This document shows positions 29,133 through 39,072 of a DNA stretch of 64,000 bases, in pieces. Origin of the DNA: Nitrospirota bacterium. GTDB taxonomy: Bacteria; Nitrospirota; Thermodesulfovibrionia; Thermodesulfovibrionales; JdFR-86. The stretch's first letter is position 1. Each line of letters begins with the position of its first letter. Where the stretch lies: assembly GCA_963721805.1 (NCBI GenBank), contig CAVRJY010000005.1, forward strand, positions 33,309-97,308. The letters are read 5' to 3'. The position numbers and the translations under genes were made by a program. The notes below the pieces were generated by a model that was not told the DNA's origin, ran no database searches, and saw only the letters and a list, made by a program, of their open reading frames with translations.

Positions 29133-30005
29133 TTATGCCCTCGCTTTCGTTATCTTGCAGCCCTCGCTTGTTAATTTGCAGCATGCACACCTTGCGGCCG
29201 AGCACTCGCCGGAGATCCCCATGTGGCAGAGCGCAAAGTCATATTTTAACGGATCGGCGGGGTCGAGCGCGCGAAGAGAGGCCGTGATCTCAAGCGCGGT
29301 CTTCCAATCATTAGAGGCGCGCGACGTAAGAGACAGGCACCGCCCTATGCGGCCGATGTGCGTATCGAGCGGGATGACGAGCTTCGACGGGCTCACGGAG
29401 CGCCATAGCCCCATGTCTATGTCCGCGCGCCTGACCATCCACCTGAGATACAGGCACATGCGCTTCGAGGCCCCGCCCGTGGCCGGGGACGGCAGCATCT
29501 GCCTGAGACCGGGTGGCAGGCCCAAGGGCCTTCCCTTACCGCCATAGACCGCTGAGGTATCTACGCCCAGTGCCTCGTCGACGAACCCGGCGATCATAGC
29601 GCCGGTGTCCTCGTCATCAGGGCGCATGTGGCGCGTGAACGCGGCTTCTAGCGTGCCGCGGCGGCGGAGCATCTCGCCGGTGATGTATATGAGCGCGGCG
29701 ATATCATCGGCGCTCTGGAAGCGGTACTTCGCGCCGCCGAGTTTCTTCGCGTCGCGCCGGGGGTTGAATGAGGCGATGAACTCGTGCGGGTGCTCTCCCA
29801 TAGCTCTGAAGAGTCTTTCGAGCACCGCGCTAAATAGCGCGACGCGTCCGTATGCGAGGCAGGCCGAGATGAACCCGACCGCCTCGCGGTCCGGGGCGGC
29901 CTTATAGCTTAAGGGGAAGCGGATCGGGTCGTGCTTCACGCGCTCGGCGAAGGGATAGCTTATATAGAGCCGCTCTAGCATGGCCTTGAGGCTGGCGCGG
30001 TTCAT
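29133..30005 (-). CDS. TIGR02757-family protein
   Basis: DPIRF, LAYG, KR.CLYLRWMVR, IPLDTH, DPLKYDFAL. Confidence 0.85.
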   Translation of the reverse strand: MNRASLKAMLERLYISYPFAERVKHDPIRFPLSYKAAPDREAVGFISACLAYGRVALFSAVLERLFRAMGEHPHEFIASFNPRRDAKKLGGAKYRFQSADDIAALIYITGEMLRRRGTLEAAFTRHMRPDDEDTGAMIAGFVDEALGVDTSAVYGGKGRPLGLPPGLRQMLPSPATGGASKRMCLYLRWMVRRADIDMGLWRSVSPSKLVIPLDTHIGRIGRCLSLTSRASNDWKTALEITASLRALDPADPLKYDFALCHMGISGECSAARCACCKLTSEGCKITKARA

Positions 30006-30190
30006 CGCGCTTTCTCCGGTTTGGGCTTGAACCCGAAGCAGCCCTCGGCCCCGTAGCACCCCGCGCGCCTGAGCTTGCAGGTGACGTTGACGCAGATCGT
30101 CCGCTCGGCGGCCGACTCGGCGGCCTTCCGGTGCGTGGTGACATACGGGTCTATCGGTGCGGGGCTTGAGTACCTGTCTTTCTTCTTCAT
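30002..30190 (-). CDS. 62-aa Cys-rich hypothetical protein
   Basis: ATGA overlaps with both neighbours; C-x4-C-x6-C-x5-C. Confidence 0.6.
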   Translation of the reverse strand: MKKKDRYSSPAPIDPYVTTHRKAAESAAERTICVNVTCKLRRAGCYGAEGCFGFKPKPEKAR

Positions 30191-30798
30191 CTCGGCACCT
30201 TTATTATATGCCTCACCGCGCCGCCTGAGTGCGGGAGTTCGACGTCTATGACCTCGCACTCGACCCCGGCGATCTCCTCTTCGTAACGCGGCCCTTTATT
30301 CAGCACGAAAGCGCCGCCGGGGGCGACTATGTCCCCTGCCCCTTCAATAAATTCCCTCACACTAAATAGCGCGCGCGTCACCGCGATGTCCGCGCTGATG
30401 CCCGAGGCCTCCGAGACCTTGGCGTTGATAACCGTGATGCCCGTAAGATTGAGCCGCCGGATGATATGCCGAAGGAACGCGCACTTCTTCTTCGCGGGCT
30501 CGATCAGGTATACCGTGATATCCGGGCGCATTATCTTGATAGGCACGCCCGGAAACCCCGCGCCGGTGCCGATGTCCGCGAGGCTGTGCACCTCCGGGCC
30601 GATAGCGCGCAGGTATAGGCAGCTGTCCAGCATGTGCTTTACAGCGATCTCATTGGCGTCGCGCAGCGCGGTGAGGTTGTGCGTGCGGCCCCAGCGGCTG
30701 AGCTCGTCCATGTGAAGCACCATAGCCGAGACCTGCGCGGCGGTGGCCTCGATGCCGAGGCTGGCGAGGCCGTCTGAGATTATCTCATCAGGCCGCAC
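30187..30798 (-). CDS. rsmG: 16S rRNA m7G527 methyltransferase
   Basis: NLTA, H.LDS, DIGTGAGFPG, VTRA; follows mnmG. Confidence 0.93.
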   Translation of the reverse strand: MRPDEIISDGLASLGIEATAAQVSAMVLHMDELSRWGRTHNLTALRDANEIAVKHMLDSCLYLRAIGPEVHSLADIGTGAGFPGVPIKIMRPDITVYLIEPAKKKCAFLRHIIRRLNLTGITVINAKVSEASGISADIAVTRALFSVREFIEGAGDIVAPGGAFVLNKGPRYEEEIAGVECEVIDVELPHSGGAVRHIIKVPR

Positions 30799-32651
30799 TC
30801 CGGCGGTCCCTCTCTAACATTATGATCAGGAGTGAGAGAGCGACCGGCGTGACGCCGGGTATGCGGCTTGCCTGCCCGAGGCTCCGGGGCCTGACCTCCT
30901 CGAGCTTGTGGCGCACCTCGGTCGAGAGGCCGGTGATCGCGGCATAGTCGAACCCGGCCGGGATCGCCATCGACTCGGCGCGCCGCAGCTTCTCTGCCGC
31001 CTCGCGCTGGCGCAGGATGTAGCCCGAGTACTTCACCTCGGTCTGGATCAGCATCGCATCGTCGGCACTGAACTCGGCGGCGGGCGGCGATATGCGCGAG
31101 ATCGAGGGATAGTCCATCTCCGGCCGCTTAAGCAGCGTATCGAGCATCACACTCTCGGCAATCGGCGAGGTCCCGCGCTCGCTAAGTATTGGATTTGCGT
31201 CACGCGGCTTGCAGCGCGTCGTGCGGATGCGCTCGATCTCGGAAAGCACCAAGCGGCGCTTTTCGCTAAACGCACGGTGGGCATCATCAGAAATCAGCCC
31301 GGCCTCGTGGCCCTTGTCCGTCAGGCGCATCTGGGCGTTGTCGTGGCGCAGCAGCAGGCGGTATTCCGCGCGCGAGGTGAACATGCGGTACGGCTCGTTC
31401 GTGCCCTTTGTCACGAGATCGTCTATCAGGATGCCGATGTACGCCTCGTCGCGGCCAAGGATCAGCGGAGCGCGGCCCTGAAGCGAGAGCGCGGCGTTTA
31501 TCCCGGCCATTATCCCCTGTGATGCGGCCTCCTCGTACCCGGAGGTCCCGTTTATCTGCCCGGCGAGGTAGAGACCGCGTACCGCCTTGGTCTCTAATGA
31601 GTGCGTGATCTGCGTGGGGTATACGAAGTCGTACTCTATCGCGTATGCCGGGCGCATGATCTCGGCGGCCTCAAGCCCCGCGATAGAATGAACCAGCGCG
31701 ACCTGCACGTCATATGGCAGGCTCGTCGAGATCCCGTTTGCGTAGTATTCCTCGGTCTTCAGCCCTTCGGGCTCCAAAAATACCTGATGCCGCTCGCGCG
31801 CGGCAAAGCGCATCACCTTGTCCTCTATCGAGGGGCAGTATCTGGGGCCTATGCCTGTTATCTGTCCACTATACAATGGTGAGCGGTCCAGAGATCCACG
31901 GATGATCTCGTGCGTGGTCGCGTTCGTATATGTCATGTAGCACGGGAGCTGTTGGTTCGTGATCTCGCGGGTCGAGTGCGAAAACGGGGGCGGCGGGACG
32001 TCGCCATAGTGAGCGGTCGTCTTTGAGAAGTCTATCGAGCGGGCGTCTATACGGGGCGGTGTGCCGGTCTTGAGGCGGCCCAATCTCAGGCCCATCGCAG
32101 GCGAGAGATTCGGATATGCCTAACGCGGGGAACTCACCGGCGCGTCCTGCGCTGATCTGGCTCAGGCCTATGTGCATCAGTCCGTTCAGAAACGTACCGG
32201 TCGTGACGATCACCGAGCGCCCAGCGATGAACACGCCGATGTTATCGATAACGCCTGTGACTCGTCCGCCCTCATGCGTTATGTCCACGATATTGGCCTG
32301 CCGGATCGTGAGGCCCGCCTGCGCCTCGATCGACTGGCGCATATTGGTGCGGTACAGGGCGCGGTCGGCCTGCGCGCGGAGCGACCAGACGGCGGGGCCC
32401 TTAGAGAGGTTGAGCATCTTGAAGTGGATGCCCGAGCGGTCGGTGACGCGCGCCATCTCGCCGCCCAGCGCGTCGATCTCGCGGACTAGGTGGCCCTTCG
32501 CGAGCCCGCCGATGGCCGGGTTGCAGGACATCTGGCCTATCGTATCGAGGTTCATCGTGCAGAGGCACGTACGCATACCCATCCTAGCCGCAGCCAGAGC
32601 GGCCTCGCAACCGGCGTGGCCGGCACCGATAACTATTACGTCGAATGACAT
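30788..32651 (-). CDS. mnmG: tRNA modification enzyme MnmG (GidA), split by a single-base frameshift near 32099
   Basis: GAGHAGCEAA and MSCNPAIGG in one frame; RLKTGTPPR, GPRYCPSIEDK and GQINGTSGYEEAA in the next. Confidence 0.93.
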
Positions 32652-32684
32652 CCCTTATAATAACATCCGCGCTATTTCAGTCGC

Positions 32685-32851
32685 CTTCTTCAAAGTCGCG
32701 CGAAATACGCGTGATACTGCGTCAGGGCTTCAGAAATCCGTCCTCAACGTACGTCACAGTACGCCTCGGACGTTTTCATTGCCCTTCCTTGTCTGACACA
32801 ATTTCTCGCGCTTTAGCAATGAGCTGCCTGCGCGTGCGAGCGGTCAACGGC
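32685..32851 (+). repeat. repeat A copy 10
   Basis: AAAGTCGCGCGAAAT...GTACGTCACAGTAC...GCGGTCAACGGC. Confidence 0.9.
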
Positions 32852-32912
32852 TTTGATAAGAGGGGGCACTCGGCCCGGCCGCTGCTCCGGAGCTCCCGAG
32901 GAAGGCTATTAA

Positions 32913-33482
32913 TTAAGCAGAAGATGTTTTATTGAAAGCTCTCCCTGAGTGAATCCATGAAGCAATTACAGCTATCAATAAAACCAAATCAAATAAAATA
33001 AGGCATTTTTCCCAGCGTGTAATATTTTGAAGAGAGTCATAATTAGATATCAAAAAAATCAATAAAGGACCAAGCGGCATAAGAACCAGTAAAAAATTAC
33101 GCCCCAAGGCTACAAGCCATAGCTGTCCGCTAGTACTTTGGTGAAAGGTTTCCCATTCAAATGCATCATTGTAAGTTAATAATCTAATTCTTGGATATAA
33201 AATGCTTGAAAAATACCTTCCGATTCTGTAAACCATAAGCTGATTATCGTAATACAGCAAAACAAGAGGTGCCGTTATAATTGGAGCAACGAGCATAATT
33301 GATGCAAATGATTCTTCTCCATGGAGTTTAACATAAGCCGCAAGTGCACCAGCTAAAATCACTATCAGAACATTAAGTATTGTTGAGTTAATTGTAAGTC
33401 TAGTCTTTTGTTCATCGCGCAAGGCTCGGTATTCTGTGAGATAAACTTCAATATCTTTCTTGTCCTGTATTTCTTCTGACAT
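32913..33482 (-). CDS. AT-rich multi-TM hypothetical protein (cargo islet 4)
   Basis: EY..LR.E N-terminus, four hydrophobic segments, IGRY..WE. Confidence 0.7.
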   Translation of the reverse strand: MSEEIQDKKDIEVYLTEYRALRDEQKTRLTINSTILNVLIVILAGALAAYVKLHGEESFASIMLVAPIITAPLVLLYYDNQLMVYRIGRYFSSILYPRIRLLTYNDAFEWETFHQSTSGQLWLVALGRNFLLVLMPLGPLLIFLISNYDSLQNITRWEKCLILFDLVLLIAVIASWIHSGRAFNKTSSA

Positions 33483-33678
33483 TAACAAACACCTTTACCT
33501 ATCAACCTTGTCCCAGCTTTCGTTGAAGCCCTAAGGGCTCGCCTTGCCATTATCATAAACTGCCTACATTTATCTGTCAATAATATTTTGCAGCAAGACA
33601 ACCGTGAGGCTTAATCATATCGCCATATTCGCATACGTTCGGAACTGGTTTATGGGAAAGAGTTCCCATGGCATCTCT

Positions 33679-34040
33679 CTTCATTAACCATAGTTAATCG
33701 AAAGTTAATAGAAAACGAATGGCCCCTAATTTTTCCTATTATCTTCGGTTTATATATGAACCAAAGTTTGGCATTCTTTAGTGTATAGTGGAGGCTATGA
33801 GTATGATAGAGTCCTATTTGATGGTCGCGGCAAGTGTTATGGATGTCCGCGCCGCGTGTTCGGATAATGGGCCAAAAACATCGCTTTTTATCCGAACATT
33901 CGAACAGGGGAACTTTTCAAAAGCTAGTAAATCCGGTGGGTTAGCTCCGATTTTGCCCCCAACATCCGAACAAAATCGGCAAAAACGCGCGCGTGCGCGC
34001 GCGGTATGCATATATATGCCTAAGCGGGGATATCCGAACA
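33679..34040 (+). repeat. repeat B copy 2
   Basis: TTAATCGAAAGTTAA, AACCAAAGTTTGGCATTCTTTAGTGTATAGT, TCCGAACA boxes, CGCGCG tract. Confidence 0.9.
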
Positions 34041-34041
34041 T

Positions 34042-34207
34042 GCCGTTGACCGCTCGCACGCGCAGGCGGGAGAAACTTAAAGCGCGAGAAATCAGCGTCA
34101 GACTAGGAGCGGCGAGGGAAACGTCCGAGGGTGTACTGAGACGTACATCGAGGACGGATTTCCGAAGCCGCGACAACGTATCACGCGATTTGGCGCGCTT
34201 TGGAGAA
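34042..34207 (-). repeat. repeat A copy 11
   Basis: GCCGTTGACC...GTACTGAGACGTAC...CGATTTGGCGCGCTTT. Confidence 0.9.
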
Positions 34208-34228
34208 AACTACAAACGCAGCTTTCTC

Positions 34229-34696
34229 TTACTCGGCCTCTACGATCTTGTAGTTTACGTTGTGTTCCAGATCCTTGCGCAGCGAATGATACACCGAGCA
34301 ATACTTGTCCTTGGAGAGCGCAATCGCCCTGTCCATCTTCTTCGGGTCAATATGCTTGCCCGTGATCGTTATCATCAGGTCGATGCGCTTGAAGTACTGC
34401 GGAGGCGTCGGGTTGCGCCATCCCATCGTCTCGATCTTGAAGTCCTGGATATCTACGCGCATCTTCTGAAGGAAGCTCACCATGTCTATGGCCATGCACG
34501 CGGTTACGGAGGCCAGCAGGCTCTCCGTCGGCATGCAGCCCCACTCGACCTTCGCGTCGTAGTCGATGACGTAGCCGGTCGATGTGCGCGCGGCGAATAT
34601 GAGGTCCTTGTCGTAGGTGAGGGTGAGCTTCATCTCGGGGTTAATCTTGCCCTTGTAGCCCTCGAGCTGCTCTTCAAGCTGCGGTTCTTCTGCCAT
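34229..34696 (-). CDS. OsmC-family protein
   Basis: PTESLLASVTACMAID and LSKDKYCSV. Confidence 0.85.
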   Translation of the reverse strand: MAEEPQLEEQLEGYKGKINPEMKLTLTYDKDLIFAARTSTGYVIDYDAKVEWGCMPTESLLASVTACMAIDMVSFLQKMRVDIQDFKIETMGWRNPTPPQYFKRIDLMITITGKHIDPKKMDRAIALSKDKYCSVYHSLRKDLEHNVNYKIVEAE

Positions 34697-34732
34697 GGTT
34701 CGGGTCTCCTTGTATTGGGGCGGGCGCGGCTG

Positions 34733-36136
34733 CTAGAGGATGAGTTCGAGCTGCTGCAGGTGCTCGCCCGGGAAATTGATGGGGTATGCGTTGTCGAAGC
34801 ACGCGGCGCAAAAGTTCTCGGGCTGCGGCACGATCTCGCGGAGCCCTTCGAGGCTGATGTACGCAAGCGAATCGGCGGTAGTGTAGCGCCTGATCTCCTC
34901 GACCGAGTGGGACGAGGCGATCAGCTCCTGCCGCGTCGGGGTGTCGATGCCGTAGAAGCACGGCCCGACGGTCGGCGGGGAGGAGATGCGCAGGTGGACC
35001 TCCTTGGCGTGGCCCTGCTCGCGGATCATCTTGACGATCTTCTTGCTCGTCGTGCCGCGCACGATCGAGTCGTCGACTACGACGACGCGCTTGCCCTCAA
35101 GCAGGCTGCGCACCGGATTGAGCTTGATCTTGACGCCGAAGTGGCGGATGTTCTGCTTGGGCTCGATGAAGGTGCGGCCGATGTAGTGGTTCCTGACGAG
35201 GCCGAAGTCGAAGGGGATGCCGCTTTGCTCGGCGTATCCGAGCGCGGCGGGCACGCCGCTGTCAGGCACCGGGATGACTATGTCGGCCTCGACGCCGGAC
35301 TCTATCGCGAGCCGCCTGCCGAACTGCTTGCGGATCTCGTTGACGTTCGTGCCGCCGTAGATGTAGCTGTCCGGGCGGGCGAAGTAGATGAACTCGAATA
35401 TGCACGATGCGCGGCGGATGCTCGGCACCGCGCGGATCGACTGGATGCCCTTGTCGTTGATTATGATCATCTCGCCGGGGGCGACGTCGCGCAGGTATGT
35501 CGCGCCGACGAGGTCGAACGCGCAGGTCTCGGAGGCCACGACGTATGCGCCGTTTGAGATCTGACCGAGGCACAGGGGGCGCACTCCGTGCGGGTCGCGC
35601 ACCGCGATGAGCTCGTTTTCGCGAAGTATCAGGAGGCTGTATGCCCCGGCGACCTCGTGCATCGTCTCTATGACGCGGTGGCTGAAGTCGTCGCTGCGGG
35701 AGCGCGCTATCAGGTGGATGAAGACCTCGCTGTCGGAGGTGGTCTGGAAGATCGCGCCCTCCTCCTCGAGCTTCTGGCGGAGTTCGGCCGCGTTTACGAG
35801 GTTTCCGTTGTGGGCCAGGGCGAGCGTGCCTAGGGCGAACTTCGCCGAGATCGGCTGGACGTTCTTGAGCCCGCCGCCGCCCGCGGTGGAGTAGCGGTTA
35901 TGGCCAATGGCGATATGTCCGGGGAGTTTCTTGAGGCGCTTCTCGCTGAAGATGTCGGCCACGAGCCCGATGGCCTTCTCGGTGTTCATGACCTTGCCGT
36001 CGGAGGAGGTTATGCCCGCGCCCTCCTGCCCCCTGTGCTGAAGGGCGTACAGGCCGAGGTATACGAGGTTGGAGGCCTCGGGATGGCCGAATATGCCGCA
36101 TACGCCGCACTCCTCGTGCATCTTGTCCAGGATCAT
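34733..36136 (-). CDS. purF: amidophosphoribosyltransferase
   Basis: [41 protein letters not shown]. Confidence 0.97.
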   Translation of the reverse strand: MILDKMHEECGVCGIFGHPEASNLVYLGLYALQHRGQEGAGITSSDGKVMNTEKAIGLVADIFSEKRLKKLPGHIAIGHNRYSTAGGGGLKNVQPISAKFALGTLALAHNGNLVNAAELRQKLEEEGAIFQTTSDSEVFIHLIARSRSDDFSHRVIETMHEVAGAYSLLILRENELIAVRDPHGVRPLCLGQISNGAYVVASETCAFDLVGATYLRDVAPGEMIIINDKGIQSIRAVPSIRRASCIFEFIYFARPDSYIYGGTNVNEIRKQFGRRLAIESGVEADIVIPVPDSGVPAALGYAEQSGIPFDFGLVRNHYIGRTFIEPKQNIRHFGVKIKLNPVRSLLEGKRVVVVDDSIVRGTTSKKIVKMIREQGHAKEVHLRISSPPTVGPCFYGIDTPTRQELIASSHSVEEIRRYTTADSLAYISLEGLREIVPQPENFCAACFDNAYPINFPGEHLQQLELIL

Positions 36137-36304
36137 GGCACCCCGCTCGTTAGTGTCCAGTGTTTAGAGCCCCAATGCGTTGCGAAAGCAGGTGCGACTT
36201 AATATAATAACACACCGGCGAGGGCCGGCGCACCCGCGCCGGAGGGGCACGCACCTCAAAATTTGGCAACACCCCGGAACATTTTTGTGATATTCTATTC
36301 ATAT

Positions 36305-36697
36305 ATGTGTTCATCGGTGCCGAGGGCCAAGATAATGATCGTGGAGGACGAGCGGCTGCTGGCCCTCAACCTCAGGCTGTCGCTGGAGGGTATGGGCTAC
36401 ACCGTCACCGGCATCGCGGATTCGGGCGAGTCTGCCGTGAGCGAGGCCGGGGCCTCGAGGCCGGACATCATCCTGATGGACATAAAGCTCAAGCCCGGCT
36501 CGATGGACGGCATAGAGGCCGCCACGCGCATCAGGGACCTCTACCACATCGGGTATATTTACGTCACCGGCAACTCCGACGAGAGCACCTACCAGCGGGC
36601 GATGAAGAGCATGCCGCTGGGGTACTTCAACAAGCCGCTCAACGAGGATACCTTAGACCAGGCCATACAGGAAGCCATCACCCGCGACTCCAACTAG
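36305..36697 (+). CDS. single-domain response regulator
   Basis: IVEDE, PDIILMDI, DGI, YFNKP; start uncertain. Confidence 0.85.
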   Translation: MCSSVPRAKIMIVEDERLLALNLRLSLEGMGYTVTGIADSGESAVSEAGASRPDIILMDIKLKPGSMDGIEAATRIRDLYHIGYIYVTGNSDESTYQRAMKSMPLGYFNKPLNEDTLDQAIQEAITRDSN

Positions 36698-36705
36698 TCC
36701 GCAGT

Positions 36706-36888
36706 CTTTTTCAAAGCGCTCCAAATCGCTTGATACGTCGTCATCAGTCGAAAATAGTCCTCGGAGTATGTCCATATACACCTGCGTCCTATTTTCGCCT
36801 TCTTCCTAGTCTGAAGACGATTTGGCCGCGCTTTCGGGGGTTGGTCGCGGCCCAGCCGCTGGACCCCCGCACCCCCAAGGTCAACGGC
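36706..36888 (+). repeat. repeat A copy 12
   Basis: AAAGCGCTCCAAATCG...CGATTTGGCCGCGCTTT...AAGGTCAACGGC. Confidence 0.9.
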
Positions 36889-36900
36889 TTAGATTAGATA

Positions 36901-37224
36901 TTATCTGACAATCGAACGGACGACTTTTAGGATGAGGCGCTGTTTATCTTCACCAGCTTCCTTGACTAGGCTGCTGATTTCCTTTGCCAGTTCCTGTGAA
37001 GATTTTTTATGATGTGAGAACTCGAAGAAATCCTTCATATCCATTTTCAAAGACTTGGCTATTGCCGCCAGTGTATCCATCGAGGGGAACCCCCTCCCTA
37101 CTTCAATCCGGCTAAGGTGCTTCGGGTCTATATCTATCATCTCGGCAAGCTTTTCCTGAGACAAGCCCCTCAGCTTTCGCAGTTCTTTTATCCTTGCCCC
37201 AAGTAATCCTTTTGGTGTCTCCAT
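36901..37224 (-). CDS. XRE-family HTH transcriptional regulator (cargo islet 5)
   Basis: LGARIKELRK..GLSQEKLAE...LSRIEVG..PS. Confidence 0.9.
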   Translation of the reverse strand: METPKGLLGARIKELRKLRGLSQEKLAEMIDIDPKHLSRIEVGRGFPSMDTLAAIAKSLKMDMKDFFEFSHHKKSSQELAKEISSLVKEAGEDKQRLILKVVRSIVR

Positions 37225-37418
37225 AATCTTCCTCCATCAATAATCGCTTTTCAGGAGGGTTTTTATAACTATCTTAAATGGCGATAAGTAATTGCCTTAT
37301 CTACATTTGATATAGTAAACTCTACATTGCAGATAGATATTAGAGGCAAGTCCGGCTTAATATGCTGAATCATGATGCCGTAAGGGGCACGATATGACGG
37401 AAGACAACGAACTCTAAA

Positions 37419-37814
37419 ATGACACACCTGCACAACAGCCAGCCTGTCGGCATCCACTTCCTTGTCGAGTTTTTCGGCTGCTCGGAGGAGCAGTTGGATT
37501 CGCTCCGCTTCTGGAAGAAGCTGCTTGCGGATGCGGTCAAGGGCAGTGATATAAAGATGCTGAATAAGCACTTCTATCATTTCAAGCCCCATGGCATAAC
37601 CGGATATCTCCTGCTTTCCACGTCCCATATATCGGTGCATACATGGCCCGAGTATGCCTATGTCGCCTGCGATGTCTTTAGCTGCGGCGGGAAAGCCGAG
37701 ACTAAAAGCATTGTAAAGCACATTACGGACAATCTTAATCATGACACGGTGAAGATAAAGAAAATGAAACGGGGATTTAGGATTTTTTCTGACAAAGGAG
37801 GTCATCTTAGCTAA
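37419..37814 (+). CDS. speD: S-adenosylmethionine decarboxylase-family proenzyme
   Basis: F.PHGITG, LLSTSHISVHTWPE, DVFSCG. Confidence 0.8.
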   Translation: MTHLHNSQPVGIHFLVEFFGCSEEQLDSLRFWKKLLADAVKGSDIKMLNKHFYHFKPHGITGYLLLSTSHISVHTWPEYAYVACDVFSCGGKAETKSIVKHITDNLNHDTVKIKKMKRGFRIFSDKGGHLS

Positions 37815-37815
37815 T

Positions 37816-38340
37816 ATGGTTGGGAAAATCGGTTTTCAAACTGAGATAATTCAAGGATATAGAGAAGAATATTTCAAATCAATTTTAAAGCTCGAACCAT
37901 TATTCCCGATTTCCATCCAAGACTCAAAAGATAAAACAATTGAACATTTGAAAACACCTTCAAACATTAATATTTTTCTCAGGAAAGATGAAAGCATAAT
38001 CGGCTGGATCTTGGGGACGCCACAAAATACTATCTATGAAGAACTAAAAACCGATGATATTGAGATCAAGCCCGATGACGAAATGTATTATATTGATAAA
38101 GTTGTTGTAGTACCTGAACACCGCGAAGGTCTAACCTTTCTCAGGTTGGGAGACGCGCTAATCAATGAGGCAAAAAAACGAGGTTGTCATAAAATATCTG
38201 CACATATCGTATCTGACAACGGACTCCATAAAATAATTATAAGGAAATTTGGCAAATTTATCATAACAAGGAGAAAAGTGTCTTTAGCAATACATGATTT
38301 TATTCCATTTGAGTATATTGAAATATGCTTACCTAAATGA
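37816..38340 (+). CDS. GNAT-family N-acetyltransferase (cargo islet 5)
   Basis: YYIDKVVVVPEHR; KISAH; similar to 22344-22859. Confidence 0.7.
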   Translation: MVGKIGFQTEIIQGYREEYFKSILKLEPLFPISIQDSKDKTIEHLKTPSNINIFLRKDESIIGWILGTPQNTIYEELKTDDIEIKPDDEMYYIDKVVVVPEHREGLTFLRLGDALINEAKKRGCHKISAHIVSDNGLHKIIIRKFGKFIITRRKVSLAIHDFIPFEYIEICLPK

Positions 38341-38347
38341 CTTACCG

Positions 38348-38890
38348 ATGAAAGGCGAGGGCACCAAGGAGAACAGCACAGAAAAGCTGTTGTCTTATGG
38401 CGGCAGGATTGCTGAGCTATCCATCGGAATTACCGCAAGTCAATTTTTAGTGTTCGTTTTCGATTATCTTCTTTATCCGTTTATCGTTTATCAATTCGGG
38501 CTTCTCATGGGCGGGATTGTAATGACTATTTTTTCATTGATTGCTTGTTTACTTGTAATGAAAGTTTATGATTGGTCTAAACGGGATTGGTTAGGCATTG
38601 AGTCAATAAAACGGTTAAAGGAATACACAGGAGGTAGAAAAACAGGAAAGATACTGTCATGGATATTAAGACAGAGTAATCCAGTGGTCATGCTATTTCT
38701 CTCAATCAAGTTTGACCCATTTATCGCAACTATATACATGAGACATGGAAGCCACCAATATAACGGCATGAGCAAGAGGGATTGGAAGATATTCTTTACA
38801 AGTCTTGTACTCAGTAATATCTATTGGACACTCGCAGCCTTCACAGGGGTTACGGTCATAGAGTACGCATGGAGGCACTTATTCAAATAA
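38348..38890 (+). CDS. membrane protein (cargo islet 5)
   Basis: Hydrophobic segments; FDYLLYP, YDWSKRDWLGIE, FDPFI; stop codon abuts repeat A. Confidence 0.7.
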   Translation: MKGEGTKENSTEKLLSYGGRIAELSIGITASQFLVFVFDYLLYPFIVYQFGLLMGGIVMTIFSLIACLLVMKVYDWSKRDWLGIESIKRLKEYTGGRKTGKILSWILRQSNPVVMLFLSIKFDPFIATIYMRHGSHQYNGMSKRDWKIFFTSLVLSNIYWTLAAFTGVTVIEYAWRHLFK

Positions 38891-39066
38891 GCCGTTGACA
38901 TTGGGGGCGCGGGGGGCGTCCGTTGCAGTGCCCCCCGAAAGCGCGCCCAAATCGTCTTCAGACAAGGCAGGGCGAGAAGACCGCCCGATGGTGTACTTGG
39001 GCGTACATAGAGGGCGAGTCTTCGATGCCCAACGACGTATCAAGCAATTTGGCGCGCTTTAAAGAA
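38891..39066 (-). repeat. repeat A copy 13
   Basis: GCCGTTGACA...GTACTTGGGCGTAC...AATTTGGCGCGCTTT. Confidence 0.9.
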
Positions 39067-39072
39067 AGCGAG

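Noticed and set aside
32090..32110. mnmG as a pseudogene or programmed frameshift
   Set aside because: Removing one base (~32099) restores ...SLAAMGLRL. Both halves are otherwise intact, there is no slippery site, and other indels in the window suggest sequencing error. Read mapping would decide.
33788..35557. 589-aa ORF and other long antisense ORFs (e.g. 25103-26431, 52257-53630, 60344-61549)
   Set aside because: Shadow frames of GC-rich genes on the opposite strand, with no recognisable motifs.
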